From: Methanobacteriota archaeon
GTDB lineage: Archaea; Thermoplasmatota; Poseidoniia; Poseidoniales; Poseidoniaceae
Length of the DNA stretch: 64,000 bases
NCBI GenBank assembly: GCA_002718195.1
Contig: PBDU01000011.1
Coordinates: forward strand, 91,927-155,926
Direction of reading: 5' to 3'
The position numbers and the translations under genes are program-made. The notes under the pieces are model-generated. The model was given only the letters and a program-made list of their open reading frames with translations. It was not told where the DNA came from and made no database searches. Shown here piece after piece: positions 29,413-39,709 of the stretch; within the stretch, counting starts at the first letter, position 1; each line of letters begins with the position of its first letter.

Positions 29413-32082
29413 ATGACAGAGAACGACCCCTTCAAAGCAAGAAGAGAACTTGGTGAATTAGGGACTTATTTCGCGCTAGATGCACTTGATGAAGCGGGGA
29501 TTGACACTTCAACTCTGCCTTATTCCATCCGTGTATTATTGGAAGGTGCACTCAGGAATTTGGATGGTTTCCTGATTAGTGAAGATGACGTTAAAGGTAT
29601 TGCGACATGGACTGCAGATGGTGAAAGAGGAGAGATTCCATTTAGACCTAGCAGAGTAATTTTGCAGGATTTCACTGGAGTGCCTGCAGTAGTCGATTTA
29701 GCAGCTTTGAGGGATGCAATGGTCGAGATGGGTGGAGATGCTAGCAAAGTGAACCCGCAAGTTCCAGTGGATTTGGTAATTGACCACTCGGTTCAAGTGG
29801 ATGTTTCAGGTGCGGATCCAAATGCATTAGATTTGAATTTAGATATTGAATATTATAGGAATATGGAGAGGTATAAGTTCTTGAAGTGGGGGCAGAAATC
29901 ACTTCAAAACTTTAGCGCTGTACCTCCTTCTAGGGGAATTGTGCACCAAATAAATCTTGAATATCTTGCCAGTGTAGCAAGACAAGAAGACGGCGTTTGG
30001 TTGGCTGATTCCTTAGTAGGAACAGACTCTCACACGACTATGATTAATGGCTTAGGTGTCCTTGGTTGGGGTGTAGGAGGAATCGAAGCAGAGGCTGTAA
30101 TGCTTGGTCAACCAATCTACATGCTTTCACCTGATGTTGTTGGGGTTCGTTTGGTTGGTGAAATGAAATCAGGAGTAACCGCAACAGACCTAACCTTGAG
30201 AATTGTAGAAATGCTCAGAGAGGTTGGTGTAGTCGGTAGATTTGTAGAATTCTTCGGAGAAGGTATGGCAAAACTTTCCCTGGCGGATAGGGCAACTATT
30301 GCAAACATGGCACCTGAATACGGGGCAACATGTGGTTTCTTCCCAGTAGATGGAAAGACGTTGGATTATCTGCGATTGAGCGGAAGAGAAGAGGACGCAA
30401 TTGCAGGTGTTGAGGCATTCACGAAGGCACAGGGACTTTGGTATGATCCAAATGCGGCTGAGAAATCATACACTACCCTTTTGGAATTGGATATGAGCAC
30501 AGTAAATGCTGCCATGGCAGGACCAAAAAGACCTCAAGACAGGGTAGAATTATCGGATATGGTTCCACACTTCAAAAAATCCCTAACACATGAGTTGGGA
30601 CTACACGGGCACGGTCTGAGTGAACAAGATTTAGTCAACGGAGCAATTGTTGAAGATGAAAATGGTGTATACGACTTGAACCATGGTGATGTTGTCATCG
30701 CTGCGATTACATCTTGTACTAACACCTCAAACCCAGGGGTTATGCTTGCGGCTGGGTTACTTGCAAGAAATGCGAGACTCAGAGGATTGGCGGTTAAACC
30801 GTGGGTGAAAACCTCACTTGCTCCTGGAAGCAGAGTTGTCACGGAATATTATGAGGCAAATGGTCTGGATGAGGACTTGAATGCCCTTGGATTCAACACG
30901 GTTGGTTATGGATGTACTACTTGCATTGGTAACTCAGGTCCCTTACCCGAGAAGATTGAATCGGCAATCGATGAAGCAAATCTAATCGTTGGGTCTGTAA
31001 TTTCGGGTAACAGAAATTTCGAGGGCAGAGTACACGGTAAAGTCAAAGCATCCTATCTTGCAAGTCCTCCTTTGGTGGTAGCATATGCCATTGCCGGTTC
31101 GCTTGAGATCGATTTAACCACTCAGCCTCTCGGAAAGGACAACAACGGAAATCCGGTTTCTCTTTCAGATATATGGCCGACTGATGAACAATTGCAAGAG
31201 GCTCTTTCAGCAATTACTCCTCAAATGTTTAGAGACAGATATGCAGATGTAATGAATGAGGATAAATGGAATGCAATCGAAAGTGAGCAATCTCCGCTTT
31301 ATGGTTGGGAAGATGATTCAACTTACATACGCCTGCCGACTTTCTTCTCAGGATTATCCGCGCAACCTGAACCAATCTCAGCCATTAACGATGCAAGAGT
31401 ACTGCTGAAACTTGGAGATTCCATTACCACGGACCATATTTCGCCGGCTGGCTCAATTATTCCAGATGGTCCAGCAGGAATTTGGCTGCAAGAAAATGGA
31501 GTCTCAGAATCTGACTTCAATTCATTCGGAAGCAGAAGAGGAAACCATGAGGTGATGATGAGAGGAACATTTGCTAACGTAAGGATAAGAAATCAACTTG
31601 CTCCAGGCACCGAGGGTGGTTTCTCAATAGATCATGACACTGGAGAAGTAGTATCTGTTTACGAAGCAGCACAACGATATGATGGACCAAAGGTGGTCCT
31701 TGCCGGCTCTCAATACGGGACCGGCTCTAGTAGAGATTGGGCAGCTAAAGGAACTTACTTACTGGGAGTAGAGGCTGTTATTGCAACCTCTTACGAACGA
31801 ATTCACCGCTCGAATCTTGTCGGAATGGGTGTACTTCCATTGACATTTATGGATGGCGAATCACACGAATCTTTGGGACTTGATGGTTCAGAAAAATTCA
31901 ACATTCCAGTAGATGATTCTGTATTACCTTTGCAGAATATTACTGTGACTGCATCCCGAAAAGATGGGTCAACACTTCAATTTGAAGCGCAAGTGAGGCT
32001 AGACACGCCTGTCGAGGTAGAGTACTATCGCAATGGTGGAATTCTACACACCGTACTCAGGCAGATGGCAAGTGAGAATTAA
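29413..32082 (+). CDS. acnA: aconitate hydratase A
   Basis: QDFTGVP, IDHSVQVD, GTDSHT, TSCTNTSNP, GCTTCIGNSG, TTDHISP, GSSRDWAAK. Confidence 0.97.
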   Translation: MTENDPFKARRELGELGTYFALDALDEAGIDTSTLPYSIRVLLEGALRNLDGFLISEDDVKGIATWTADGERGEIPFRPSRVILQDFTGVPAVVDLAALRDAMVEMGGDASKVNPQVPVDLVIDHSVQVDVSGADPNALDLNLDIEYYRNMERYKFLKWGQKSLQNFSAVPPSRGIVHQINLEYLASVARQEDGVWLADSLVGTDSHTTMINGLGVLGWGVGGIEAEAVMLGQPIYMLSPDVVGVRLVGEMKSGVTATDLTLRIVEMLREVGVVGRFVEFFGEGMAKLSLADRATIANMAPEYGATCGFFPVDGKTLDYLRLSGREEDAIAGVEAFTKAQGLWYDPNAAEKSYTTLLELDMSTVNAAMAGPKRPQDRVELSDMVPHFKKSLTHELGLHGHGLSEQDLVNGAIVEDENGVYDLNHGDVVIAAITSCTNTSNPGVMLAAGLLARNARLRGLAVKPWVKTSLAPGSRVVTEYYEANGLDEDLNALGFNTVGYGCTTCIGNSGPLPEKIESAIDEANLIVGSVISGNRNFEGRVHGKVKASYLASPPLVVAYAIAGSLEIDLTTQPLGKDNNGNPVSLSDIWPTDEQLQEALSAITPQMFRDRYADVMNEDKWNAIESEQSPLYGWEDDSTYIRLPTFFSGLSAQPEPISAINDARVLLKLGDSITTDHISPAGSIIPDGPAGIWLQENGVSESDFNSFGSRRGNHEVMMRGTFANVRIRNQLAPGTEGGFSIDHDTGEVVSVYEAAQRYDGPKVVLAGSQYGTGSSRDWAAKGTYLLGVEAVIATSYERIHRSNLVGMGVLPLTFMDGESHESLGLDGSEKFNIPVDDSVLPLQNITVTASRKDGSTLQFEAQVRLDTPVEVEYYRNGGILHTVLRQMASEN

Positions 32083-32129
32083 TCTTCGAATCGCCAACTT
32101 GAATACAATGAAGTTTCAGCAGTGCTTTG

Positions 32130-32804
32130 ATGGCGAGACTTAGAGGGGTAGTTCGTTATCGATTCAAAGATGAAGATGGCGACCTAAATGTCGTAATCGA
32201 AGGGGATGCAGATTGGGTTGAATCCAAAGTTCAGCAACTAGGTTTGAGCGATGTAGGTTTCACAATGCCAATCGGTACCGCTACATTCGCCTCTAATTTA
32301 TCAGATGTTTCAAAAGAAAAAGCAAAGAAAAATTCACGCAAGGTTGAACTTGAGCCTCTTGGCGATAAACCGCAAGATATGGGCCCTACTCCAGACCCAT
32401 CTTCAATCCCCGTTGTTAGAAGACCGATAGGCGAATTAAACATCGAGGAAGCGATTGCACAAGCTGGTTTGACTAGACCAGAACGTCCTGACCCAATCGA
32501 CTTGATGGATATGCTCGAAGAGGCAGATGAGCCAAGACCTGTTCAATCTTCGATAAGTGTGGACCCAATGGGTGAGGCTTGGCTAAGATTGCTGATGGAA
32601 ATAGTTGTTCGAGAATATGGCTCCACGGCTTTGGCCACTGAAGTCATAGAGGAAGTCGCAGGGTCAAAAATGGGCAACAAGTCAAGGCTAGAATTAGATG
32701 TCTGGCTGGATTCATTATTCAAGCAAGGTAAGCTGGTAAAAGTCCACGGAGGCGATGCCGTTGGATGGGGTCCTTCTCCAAGGTGGCTTCAAGGAAAAAT
32801 CTGA
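32130..32804 (+). CDS. hypothetical protein, possible C-terminal winged helix
   Basis: Clean ORF with genome-like composition; LDSLFKQGKLVKV resembles a wHTH wing. Confidence 0.65.
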   Translation: MARLRGVVRYRFKDEDGDLNVVIEGDADWVESKVQQLGLSDVGFTMPIGTATFASNLSDVSKEKAKKNSRKVELEPLGDKPQDMGPTPDPSSIPVVRRPIGELNIEEAIAQAGLTRPERPDPIDLMDMLEEADEPRPVQSSISVDPMGEAWLRLLMEIVVREYGSTALATEVIEEVAGSKMGNKSRLELDVWLDSLFKQGKLVKVHGGDAVGWGPSPRWLQGKI

Positions 32805-32966
32805 CACTGAAATTTGTGCATTAATCCTTGATTTTTGAAATAATATTCGAGTTGTTTTTTACTCACTGAAATATTTGACAATCGAAGCACTGAGCGGTCC
32901 TTTGAAATGAAACTCACAATCATTCTTCCAAAGGTGTTAAAGTGCAATGGTGACTCGCTAAGATGA

Positions 32967-35900
32967 GTGATGTTAATGCTGTCTAATAACAATCATCAAA
33001 ATAAAGCCCGAAGTTTACTACTTGTAATGATAATGGTCTTGAGCACAACTGTTGCAATTGCTGGTACTGGAAGTGCATCTATTGCCCGTTCTTACACCAC
33101 GCAAAAAGACCCTCTTGACATCGCAATAGCAGATTTCAACTGTGATGGTCACAACGATATGGCTATCGCTACCGATGGAACGCACACAATTACTGTTTTG
33201 TGGAACGATGGTAACGGAGACTTTTCAGAAAGGTCCGATATTTGGGTTTCAGGAAACAACTCAAGAAGGGCAAACTGGGATGAATTCTCAAATGTCCAGG
33301 AAATAGAAGTCGGAGAATTCACCGGAGACAGCGCTCCAGACATTGTAATTTATCAAAGAAACAACCCTTTCAAAACCGATGACAGCGGTGCTCCAGCAGG
33401 TGAGCCTGGTAACGCTACAATTATCGAAAACGATGGATGCAGCACAAAATCATTCAGCGTTGGAGCTAGATTCACTCACTTTTGGGTTTGGGATCTCAAG
33501 GTAGGAGACTTCAACGGTGATGGAAATGATGACGTAGCAGTTCTTGACCTGCTTGCAGATATCGACAACCAAAGAGTAGTCGTATACAACGGACCAGTTA
33601 CAAGTTCATCTCAAGGACAAATCACTGCTCTAGGTTCTGCTAGAACAAATTCTTACAGAGCCTTCGATATTGGAGACTGGGGAGAATCTCAACCCTCTCC
33701 ACTAGGCTCTTGCTTCGATGAAGACTTGTGGCTTCTGAGAAGCGAGGGTGTTGACTACAGCACAGGGCAAACAACAAACCCCGGAAAGGATGACAACGTC
33801 ACAATCATCGAGTATAACTGTAACACAAACTCATTCCCAACAACTTTCACATTCAATCAACAAAGTCCACCAATCAACTCCCACGTTGTCACAATGGACA
33901 ACGACTTCGGTGGTTTTGATATCGGAGACTCGGATAATGATGGTGTAATCGATGTAATCGCTCAGACCGATGGCAACGTGGAAAACGTGACATATGTCAC
34001 TTCTTCGGCAGTTGGGACCTGGTCTTCGAAATCATATGCCTACTTCGGACCTTACATCGCTTATGAGGTTACAGTTGCTGATATCAACGGAGACGGTGAG
34101 CCTGATTTCGCATCACCAACAGTTGCATACCAACTGAATTCATCAGACTCAGCTGGTGGTTCTTCATCTTCCTATTATCTTAATTTCCCAACAACTGTGC
34201 AAGTTACACTCTCTGATGGGTCTGGAGGGCACGTGAATCCTCTATCCTACCAAGCAGGAAGAAGACCTTCAATGGTTGCTGTTGGGCAACTAGCGGGTGG
34301 CTCTTCCTCTGCAGTTGATTTGGCAGTAGGGCACACTTCCTACAACTTCGGAAGCTGGGTTGATAACTTCGGATGGGAAGGACAATATGACACAATCACA
34401 GTTGTTGAAATGGATAACAAAGATTTGTCAGTAACTGGATTGGAAATTTCTCCAGTCGACCGTCTTTTCGGAATTGCTGGTGAAGGAACCAGAGATTTGA
34501 ACGTTACAGTAACCAACACAGGTATGGATATCCTCAACGGACAATCAGCAACGCTTGATGTTGAACTGAAGATTGTGGACGAGGCTAACTCTACCAACAC
34601 AACGGTTTACAGCAATGATTTCGATGGCAACGTAGACTCTACTAACTGCCCATCTTGTGTCTGGGAATATTATGAGTACATTGATGGCGCAACCCAATGG
34701 CACCTAGAGTCCAACCAATCCACTGGAGCAACCACAGAAGGTAACAACGCTCCAAACGTATCTGCTAACTACATCAATCCTACTGATTTCATGTGGGCTG
34801 GAAATTACAAAACAAACTCCAGCGGAGACGTATGGTCAGGATATGATAACAACTGGGACGATTCAATGGTCCTAGAAAACGTAGATTTGACAGGATCTGA
34901 CAGAGCATTCATGTCCGTTGACTTGTTTAGACACCTTGGTTTTGGTGCGCTAGGTAACAGCGATGGTCAAGGATTTATTGTTCAAGATGTCTGGGATGAT
35001 CTTGCTATCGTCGAGGTAGGTTCAGTAGAATCTGGATGGAGCGTTATCGGCTGTCCAACCCAAGCCCAACTTGATGGAGCATGCCCTTCAGGCTCTTCTA
35101 TCTGGGGTGGATTTGACGGAGACAGGGCAGCAAAAGCACAGTTCGGAGCGGCTCCTGAGAACATCGTTTATTACGGCGTGTGGCAATTTGGAACATACTA
35201 TGGATGGGACAACTTCACTGAGCAAGACCTTGGGGCGTTTGACCTATCTCAATGGGCTGGAGAGACAGTAGACGTTAGATTCAGATTTAGAACAGGATTC
35301 GAGGGGTCAACAACTGACTCCAACGAGTCAAGATGGACTGGAAGAGACGGTTTCGCAGTCGATGATGTCGAGATTTGGAAGCAAACAACATCTTTCTTCC
35401 CTAACCCTCAAACCCAACAAGTACAAATCAACCTAAACAACCTTGCACCAGGAGAGGAATATACAACAAGTGCAAGCGTCAACCTAGTTAATGACACAAC
35501 ATACAGAGTATCTGCAAGTTTGTCTAGTAACGCATGGGATGAACAACCACTGAACGATGAACTAGTTGGTTATTTGACACCATTCAACCTATATGACCCT
35601 GCTATGGAAGGATACAGCACCTTCCTTCCGGGTCAGTTGTATGCTGAGGGAATATTTGACATAGAAGTTCAAACAAACAATTGGGGTAATACTCCAGTTG
35701 ACTTCCAAATCAACTCAACAGTATCCTCCGCTACTCCAAGCGATGTTTACTGTGGAACACCCTCTGCAGTTTGTGAAGAAACATTCGAAGGCGGTTCTGA
35801 AGGTTACAGATATTCAGATGACGGCAACCCACAAGGAGCAGTTTATGATGAATCTGCATGTACTGATAAGATCTTCAACAGTCATGGATACTGGTTTGGT

Positions 35901-38900
35901 CACCCTTGTGACACAGCAAACAATGGATATACCGATGATTGGGCTAATGAAACAATGACAATACCAGACATTGATTTGACAAGTATGTCAGGTGACTTCG
36001 TTTCCCTGAACTTCGAGTATTACGCTGACACCTTCTACACTATCGGCGTTGACGGAACATCCGTCGAGGATGTTAACGACTATGTTGCACTTACAGCTGA
36101 CTATTCAAGAGATGGAACTGATTACAATGCGGTTATCTTCGGTCAATGGAATGACTACAACGATGATGGTACATGTCAGATTGACGAGGACGGAAATGGA
36201 ATTGTCAACGCAACAGAGCCACTCGATCAAATTGAGCTTGAATTTATCGGAGATCCTTCTACAACTGATGGTACTGGTGGTAATTACAACGTTTTCTTCA
36301 ACACAGATGGACTTGTATCTTCGATCTCGCTTGATCTTACCCACCTGTATGTTCTAAACACAACCTCTGCCAGTTCGCTTGACTGGACAAGAGAGTGTAT
36401 CTCACTTGCTGGTTCAACTGTGAGTTTGAATTTCGAATTCCAATCTGACGATGATGGGAGAAACGGTGAGAACGACGGATTCCTAGGTGTTGGTTTCAAC
36501 AACATCACTCTGGAAGAATTTACGTTCACAGAGGACGCAACATACACAGTTACGAGAACAAATGTAGATGCTGAAGAAGTTGCTTCAACAATTGTTGGAT
36601 CACACGAATTCACTGCTGGCGTATACAGAATAGAAACAGAACTGTTCTTTGACAACACAACTGTCGGTAAGCCATGGTTTGGCGACAATGAGGTCTCAGT
36701 TGCAAATAATATCGAAAGAGTTCTATTCCGTGTAGAATCTGTTGACATTTCATTAGGAAGACCAGAGGTTCTATCCTGTATGAACGACGAGTCATTCCCA
36801 TGTACTCTGCCAATCGATAGTTCATTGACTCACGATTGGTCATTCTTTGCCACAAACGGAGTATTGGCTGGTGATTACACCTTCCACATGAACGTTGAAG
36901 ATATCACAGATTCTGCTAACCCAACAGACGTTCACTCAACAACATCGGGACCAAGTCAAACACTAGATTCTCAAGAAAGAGTCGAAGTTAGTTTCACTCC
37001 GTGGAATGGATGGCAAGATGGGCACACATACAACATCAGTTACTATGCGACACTTTCGGACGGTTCAGAATCAGGTAACGTTAGGTACTTCCACGCAACC
37101 TTTGCTGACAAGATTGATATTGCAATCCTGAGTGATGATTCTTCCCGTGTCAACACTATCAAAGACGACATGGAAATTCTTGGAATGACATACACGCTTT
37201 ACGAGATTAAGGATTGGAATGAATACCTAGACGGAGGATGGATGACCCATTACGATAAGATTATCCTGCCATGGCAGTCATCTCTTGCAGCAAGAGATAT
37301 CGATGACGGTGGAAAGGGATACTATCAAGCACTAGGAAATACCCAGAACAGACAAATTTTGGAAGGATTCATGCAAGCTGGCGGAACAGTACAGATGCAC
37401 CTTGCACCTCACGGTTCAGCCATCTATGGTCTTGATCAAGGACTAGAAGGAAGGCTACCGTTCGGTATCGATGTTCAAAACAGGGACACTCCAGAGACTT
37501 CAATCTCATACGCAGATATGAACCTACAAGACCCATATCACCCACTTATGGATAATGTGGAAGTATCCTCCTTCCAAGGATTTACAGTCGCTAATGCGGT
37601 TGTAAACACCAAGTCTGTATCTGCAACAGCAGTTCCAATGGTATGTAATGGATATAGCGAAAACGGTGGTTACTTCCAAAGAATTATCTCAGATGCAGAT
37701 GACAACCAAGATACAGTTCTTGGTGTATGTTCATACTACAACGGCGGATTGATTCTATCAACTATTGACGTTGCCACTGTTTCTCAAAGAGCAGACAGTA
37801 GTACCTTCCCTCTACTAGGAAACATGCTAGATTACCAAGTAACTCCTTATCCAACTGGATTTGGAACACTCGGCAATGGACTTGATTTGAAAATTAACGA
37901 TGAAAACCTTGCAATTGATCCATCCACTGGTGGTTACGCATTGAGATACATGAAATCCAATGCAGAATTGACTTTCTCATACACCACTACTACAACTGAG
38001 CCACTTACAGCTAACTGGGTATTAGATGGACCAACTACTTGGAGCGGAGAAGCAACAACTGGTACCAGCACACAAACTGGTGATACGGTAACTTCAACAT
38101 TCTGTCAAGTCGACTTATCAGAAGCAACAGGATGTAGAACTGATGCAGAGTGGAATGTCCAACTGATTCTACACGACGCTGCTGGGCACTCAAGAACAAT
38201 TGATGTCAATGTTAGAACCAATGACGTCTACGCAGATGAGTTCAGACCAACTGCTTCAGCGGTTGTCATCACAGACGGACAAGAAGACATAATCGAGCAG
38301 ATCGATACCAAGACTGTAAGCGATGTTGAATGGGATGTTTACCAAATCACGATGGATGATACAGGAGCAGTACAAGTTAACTTTGACGCGAGCGCTTCTT
38401 CCGACCAGGATGCAATAGACGGATCTGGAATTGAAACATACGAATGGAAGGTATTGTATGACGCACCATACGGTGATGATTCCTTTGATCTCCAAGGACA
38501 CACCTTTACTGAAGGTGCTGCTTCAAACGGAGACTGGACATACATATTCTCCAACGTAACTTCTGATTCTACTGGTGAGGTAAGAAACCAAATCAGAGTA
38601 GAGCTGATTGTTTACGATGGCGCTGGTAAGTTCTCTGACAAATTCAGATTCTACTTTGAGGTAGTACCAGAAGGCTATGGTGATGAAGAACCAGTCGTTC
38701 AAATCGATACTACACTAAATGGTTCACAATTCACATCAGATACTTTGACAATCACTGGAAACGTAATCTCCGGTGCTGAAACACAGCAGGATGTTTACGT
38801 AGAGATTGCGTTTGACGAAGATAACTTCAATGCAAATCCACTTGACAAGTACACCTACCAACAAGAGGGAATCTGGGCAAAGACCACTGATGGTCTAAGC

Positions 38901-39641
38901 GATGGGGACTCCTTTGAGTTAACTCTAGATATGGATGGTTTCTACTCTAACGTCAGCCAATCTCAAAACGTTTACATCAAGATTTACGAGGAAGATCCAG
39001 CAGACGGTAGAGGAGAGAGATGGGTAACTATCAAGTTCATCTCCTTACAATTGCCTGCATGTCAAGGATTGCAAGCAGATGCGGCTGCTATTGAAGCAGG
39101 CGGAGAGTTCGTAATCGTTGATGGAGAATGTGTCTGGGAAGGAGTATGGAGCTATGACCCAGAAACTGGAGAATGGACTCCTCCAGCAACTACTGGCGAC
39201 GGAAATGAAGGCGAGAGTGGTTTGAGTACTACTATACTTGTCGTAATTGCCGGAATTGGTGGTTTACTACTCGTTGGTATCATTCTGTTCTTCCTTAGAG
39301 GTGGATCCAGTGACGAGAAAGACTTCGTTGACCTCGCTGGTGCTGGATTTGGAGCAGCTCAACTTGACCCAGTAGAGCAATATGTCCAACAATTAATCGC
39401 TCAAGGATATCCAGAGGATACAGCAAGGGCTTATGCGCAGCAAAATGCTGCACAACTCGGTCTTGCCTCTGCAGCATCGGCAGCGCCAGCCCAAGCGGCA
39501 GCCCCTGCCGGCAGTGGTAATGCGATGTATGATCAGTATTATGCCCAATATTACCAGCAATTCGTTGCTCAAGGCTATGATGCGGCTACAGCCCAGCAAT
39601 ACGCTGCGCAGTATGCCCAACAGGCATTACAACAACAATAG
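32967..39641 (+). CDS. giant surface protein: FG-GAP/VCBS propeller, CARDB/Ig-like and jelly-roll domains, PKD-like domain, TM, cytoplasmic QGY repeats
   Basis: Signal peptide; D.NGDG..D repeats; VTVTNTG; DLSQWAGETVDVRFRF, GFAVDDV; FDASASSD; TM ~39230-39295; exact start uncertain. Confidence 0.85.
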   Translation: MMLMLSNNNHQNKARSLLLVMIMVLSTTVAIAGTGSASIARSYTTQKDPLDIAIADFNCDGHNDMAIATDGTHTITVLWNDGNGDFSERSDIWVSGNNSRRANWDEFSNVQEIEVGEFTGDSAPDIVIYQRNNPFKTDDSGAPAGEPGNATIIENDGCSTKSFSVGARFTHFWVWDLKVGDFNGDGNDDVAVLDLLADIDNQRVVVYNGPVTSSSQGQITALGSARTNSYRAFDIGDWGESQPSPLGSCFDEDLWLLRSEGVDYSTGQTTNPGKDDNVTIIEYNCNTNSFPTTFTFNQQSPPINSHVVTMDNDFGGFDIGDSDNDGVIDVIAQTDGNVENVTYVTSSAVGTWSSKSYAYFGPYIAYEVTVADINGDGEPDFASPTVAYQLNSSDSAGGSSSSYYLNFPTTVQVTLSDGSGGHVNPLSYQAGRRPSMVAVGQLAGGSSSAVDLAVGHTSYNFGSWVDNFGWEGQYDTITVVEMDNKDLSVTGLEISPVDRLFGIAGEGTRDLNVTVTNTGMDILNGQSATLDVELKIVDEANSTNTTVYSNDFDGNVDSTNCPSCVWEYYEYIDGATQWHLESNQSTGATTEGNNAPNVSANYINPTDFMWAGNYKTNSSGDVWSGYDNNWDDSMVLENVDLTGSDRAFMSVDLFRHLGFGALGNSDGQGFIVQDVWDDLAIVEVGSVESGWSVIGCPTQAQLDGACPSGSSIWGGFDGDRAAKAQFGAAPENIVYYGVWQFGTYYGWDNFTEQDLGAFDLSQWAGETVDVRFRFRTGFEGSTTDSNESRWTGRDGFAVDDVEIWKQTTSFFPNPQTQQVQINLNNLAPGEEYTTSASVNLVNDTTYRVSASLSSNAWDEQPLNDELVGYLTPFNLYDPAMEGYSTFLPGQLYAEGIFDIEVQTNNWGNTPVDFQINSTVSSATPSDVYCGTPSAVCEETFEGGSEGYRYSDDGNPQGAVYDESACTDKIFNSHGYWFGHPCDTANNGYTDDWANETMTIPDIDLTSMSGDFVSLNFEYYADTFYTIGVDGTSVEDVNDYVALTADYSRDGTDYNAVIFGQWNDYNDDGTCQIDEDGNGIVNATEPLDQIELEFIGDPSTTDGTGGNYNVFFNTDGLVSSISLDLTHLYVLNTTSASSLDWTRECISLAGSTVSLNFEFQSDDDGRNGENDGFLGVGFNNITLEEFTFTEDATYTVTRTNVDAEEVASTIVGSHEFTAGVYRIETELFFDNTTVGKPWFGDNEVSVANNIERVLFRVESVDISLGRPEVLSCMNDESFPCTLPIDSSLTHDWSFFATNGVLAGDYTFHMNVEDITDSANPTDVHSTTSGPSQTLDSQERVEVSFTPWNGWQDGHTYNISYYATLSDGSESGNVRYFHATFADKIDIAILSDDSSRVNTIKDDMEILGMTYTLYEIKDWNEYLDGGWMTHYDKIILPWQSSLAARDIDDGGKGYYQALGNTQNRQILEGFMQAGGTVQMHLAPHGSAIYGLDQGLEGRLPFGIDVQNRDTPETSISYADMNLQDPYHPLMDNVEVSSFQGFTVANAVVNTKSVSATAVPMVCNGYSENGGYFQRIISDADDNQDTVLGVCSYYNGGLILSTIDVATVSQRADSSTFPLLGNMLDYQVTPYPTGFGTLGNGLDLKINDENLAIDPSTGGYALRYMKSNAELTFSYTTTTTEPLTANWVLDGPTTWSGEATTGTSTQTGDTVTSTFCQVDLSEATGCRTDAEWNVQLILHDAAGHSRTIDVNVRTNDVYADEFRPTASAVVITDGQEDIIEQIDTKTVSDVEWDVYQITMDDTGAVQVNFDASASSDQDAIDGSGIETYEWKVLYDAPYGDDSFDLQGHTFTEGAASNGDWTYIFSNVTSDSTGEVRNQIRVELIVYDGAGKFSDKFRFYFEVVPEGYGDEEPVVQIDTTLNGSQFTSDTLTITGNVISGAETQQDVYVEIAFDEDNFNANPLDKYTYQQEGIWAKTTDGLSDGDSFELTLDMDGFYSNVSQSQNVYIKIYEEDPADGRGERWVTIKFISLQLPACQGLQADAAAIEAGGEFVIVDGECVWEGVWSYDPETGEWTPPATTGDGNEGESGLSTTILVVIAGIGGLLLVGIILFFLRGGSSDEKDFVDLAGAGFGAAQLDPVEQYVQQLIAQGYPEDTARAYAQQNAAQLGLASAASAAPAQAAAPAGSGNAMYDQYYAQYYQQFVAQGYDAATAQQYAAQYAQQALQQQ

Positions 39642-39681
39642 CCAATAGAAGCCTAGGTTTCTATTGTAGGATAATGCCTGC

Positions 39682-39694
39682 AAGGGCTTAAAAG
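39682..39694 (+). promoter_or_regulatory. archaeal BRE/TATA promoter of ahcY
   Basis: AAGGGCTTAAAAG about 25 nt upstream of ATG 39716. Confidence 0.55.
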
Positions 39695-39709
39695 CCACTG
39701 GCAAGGGCG

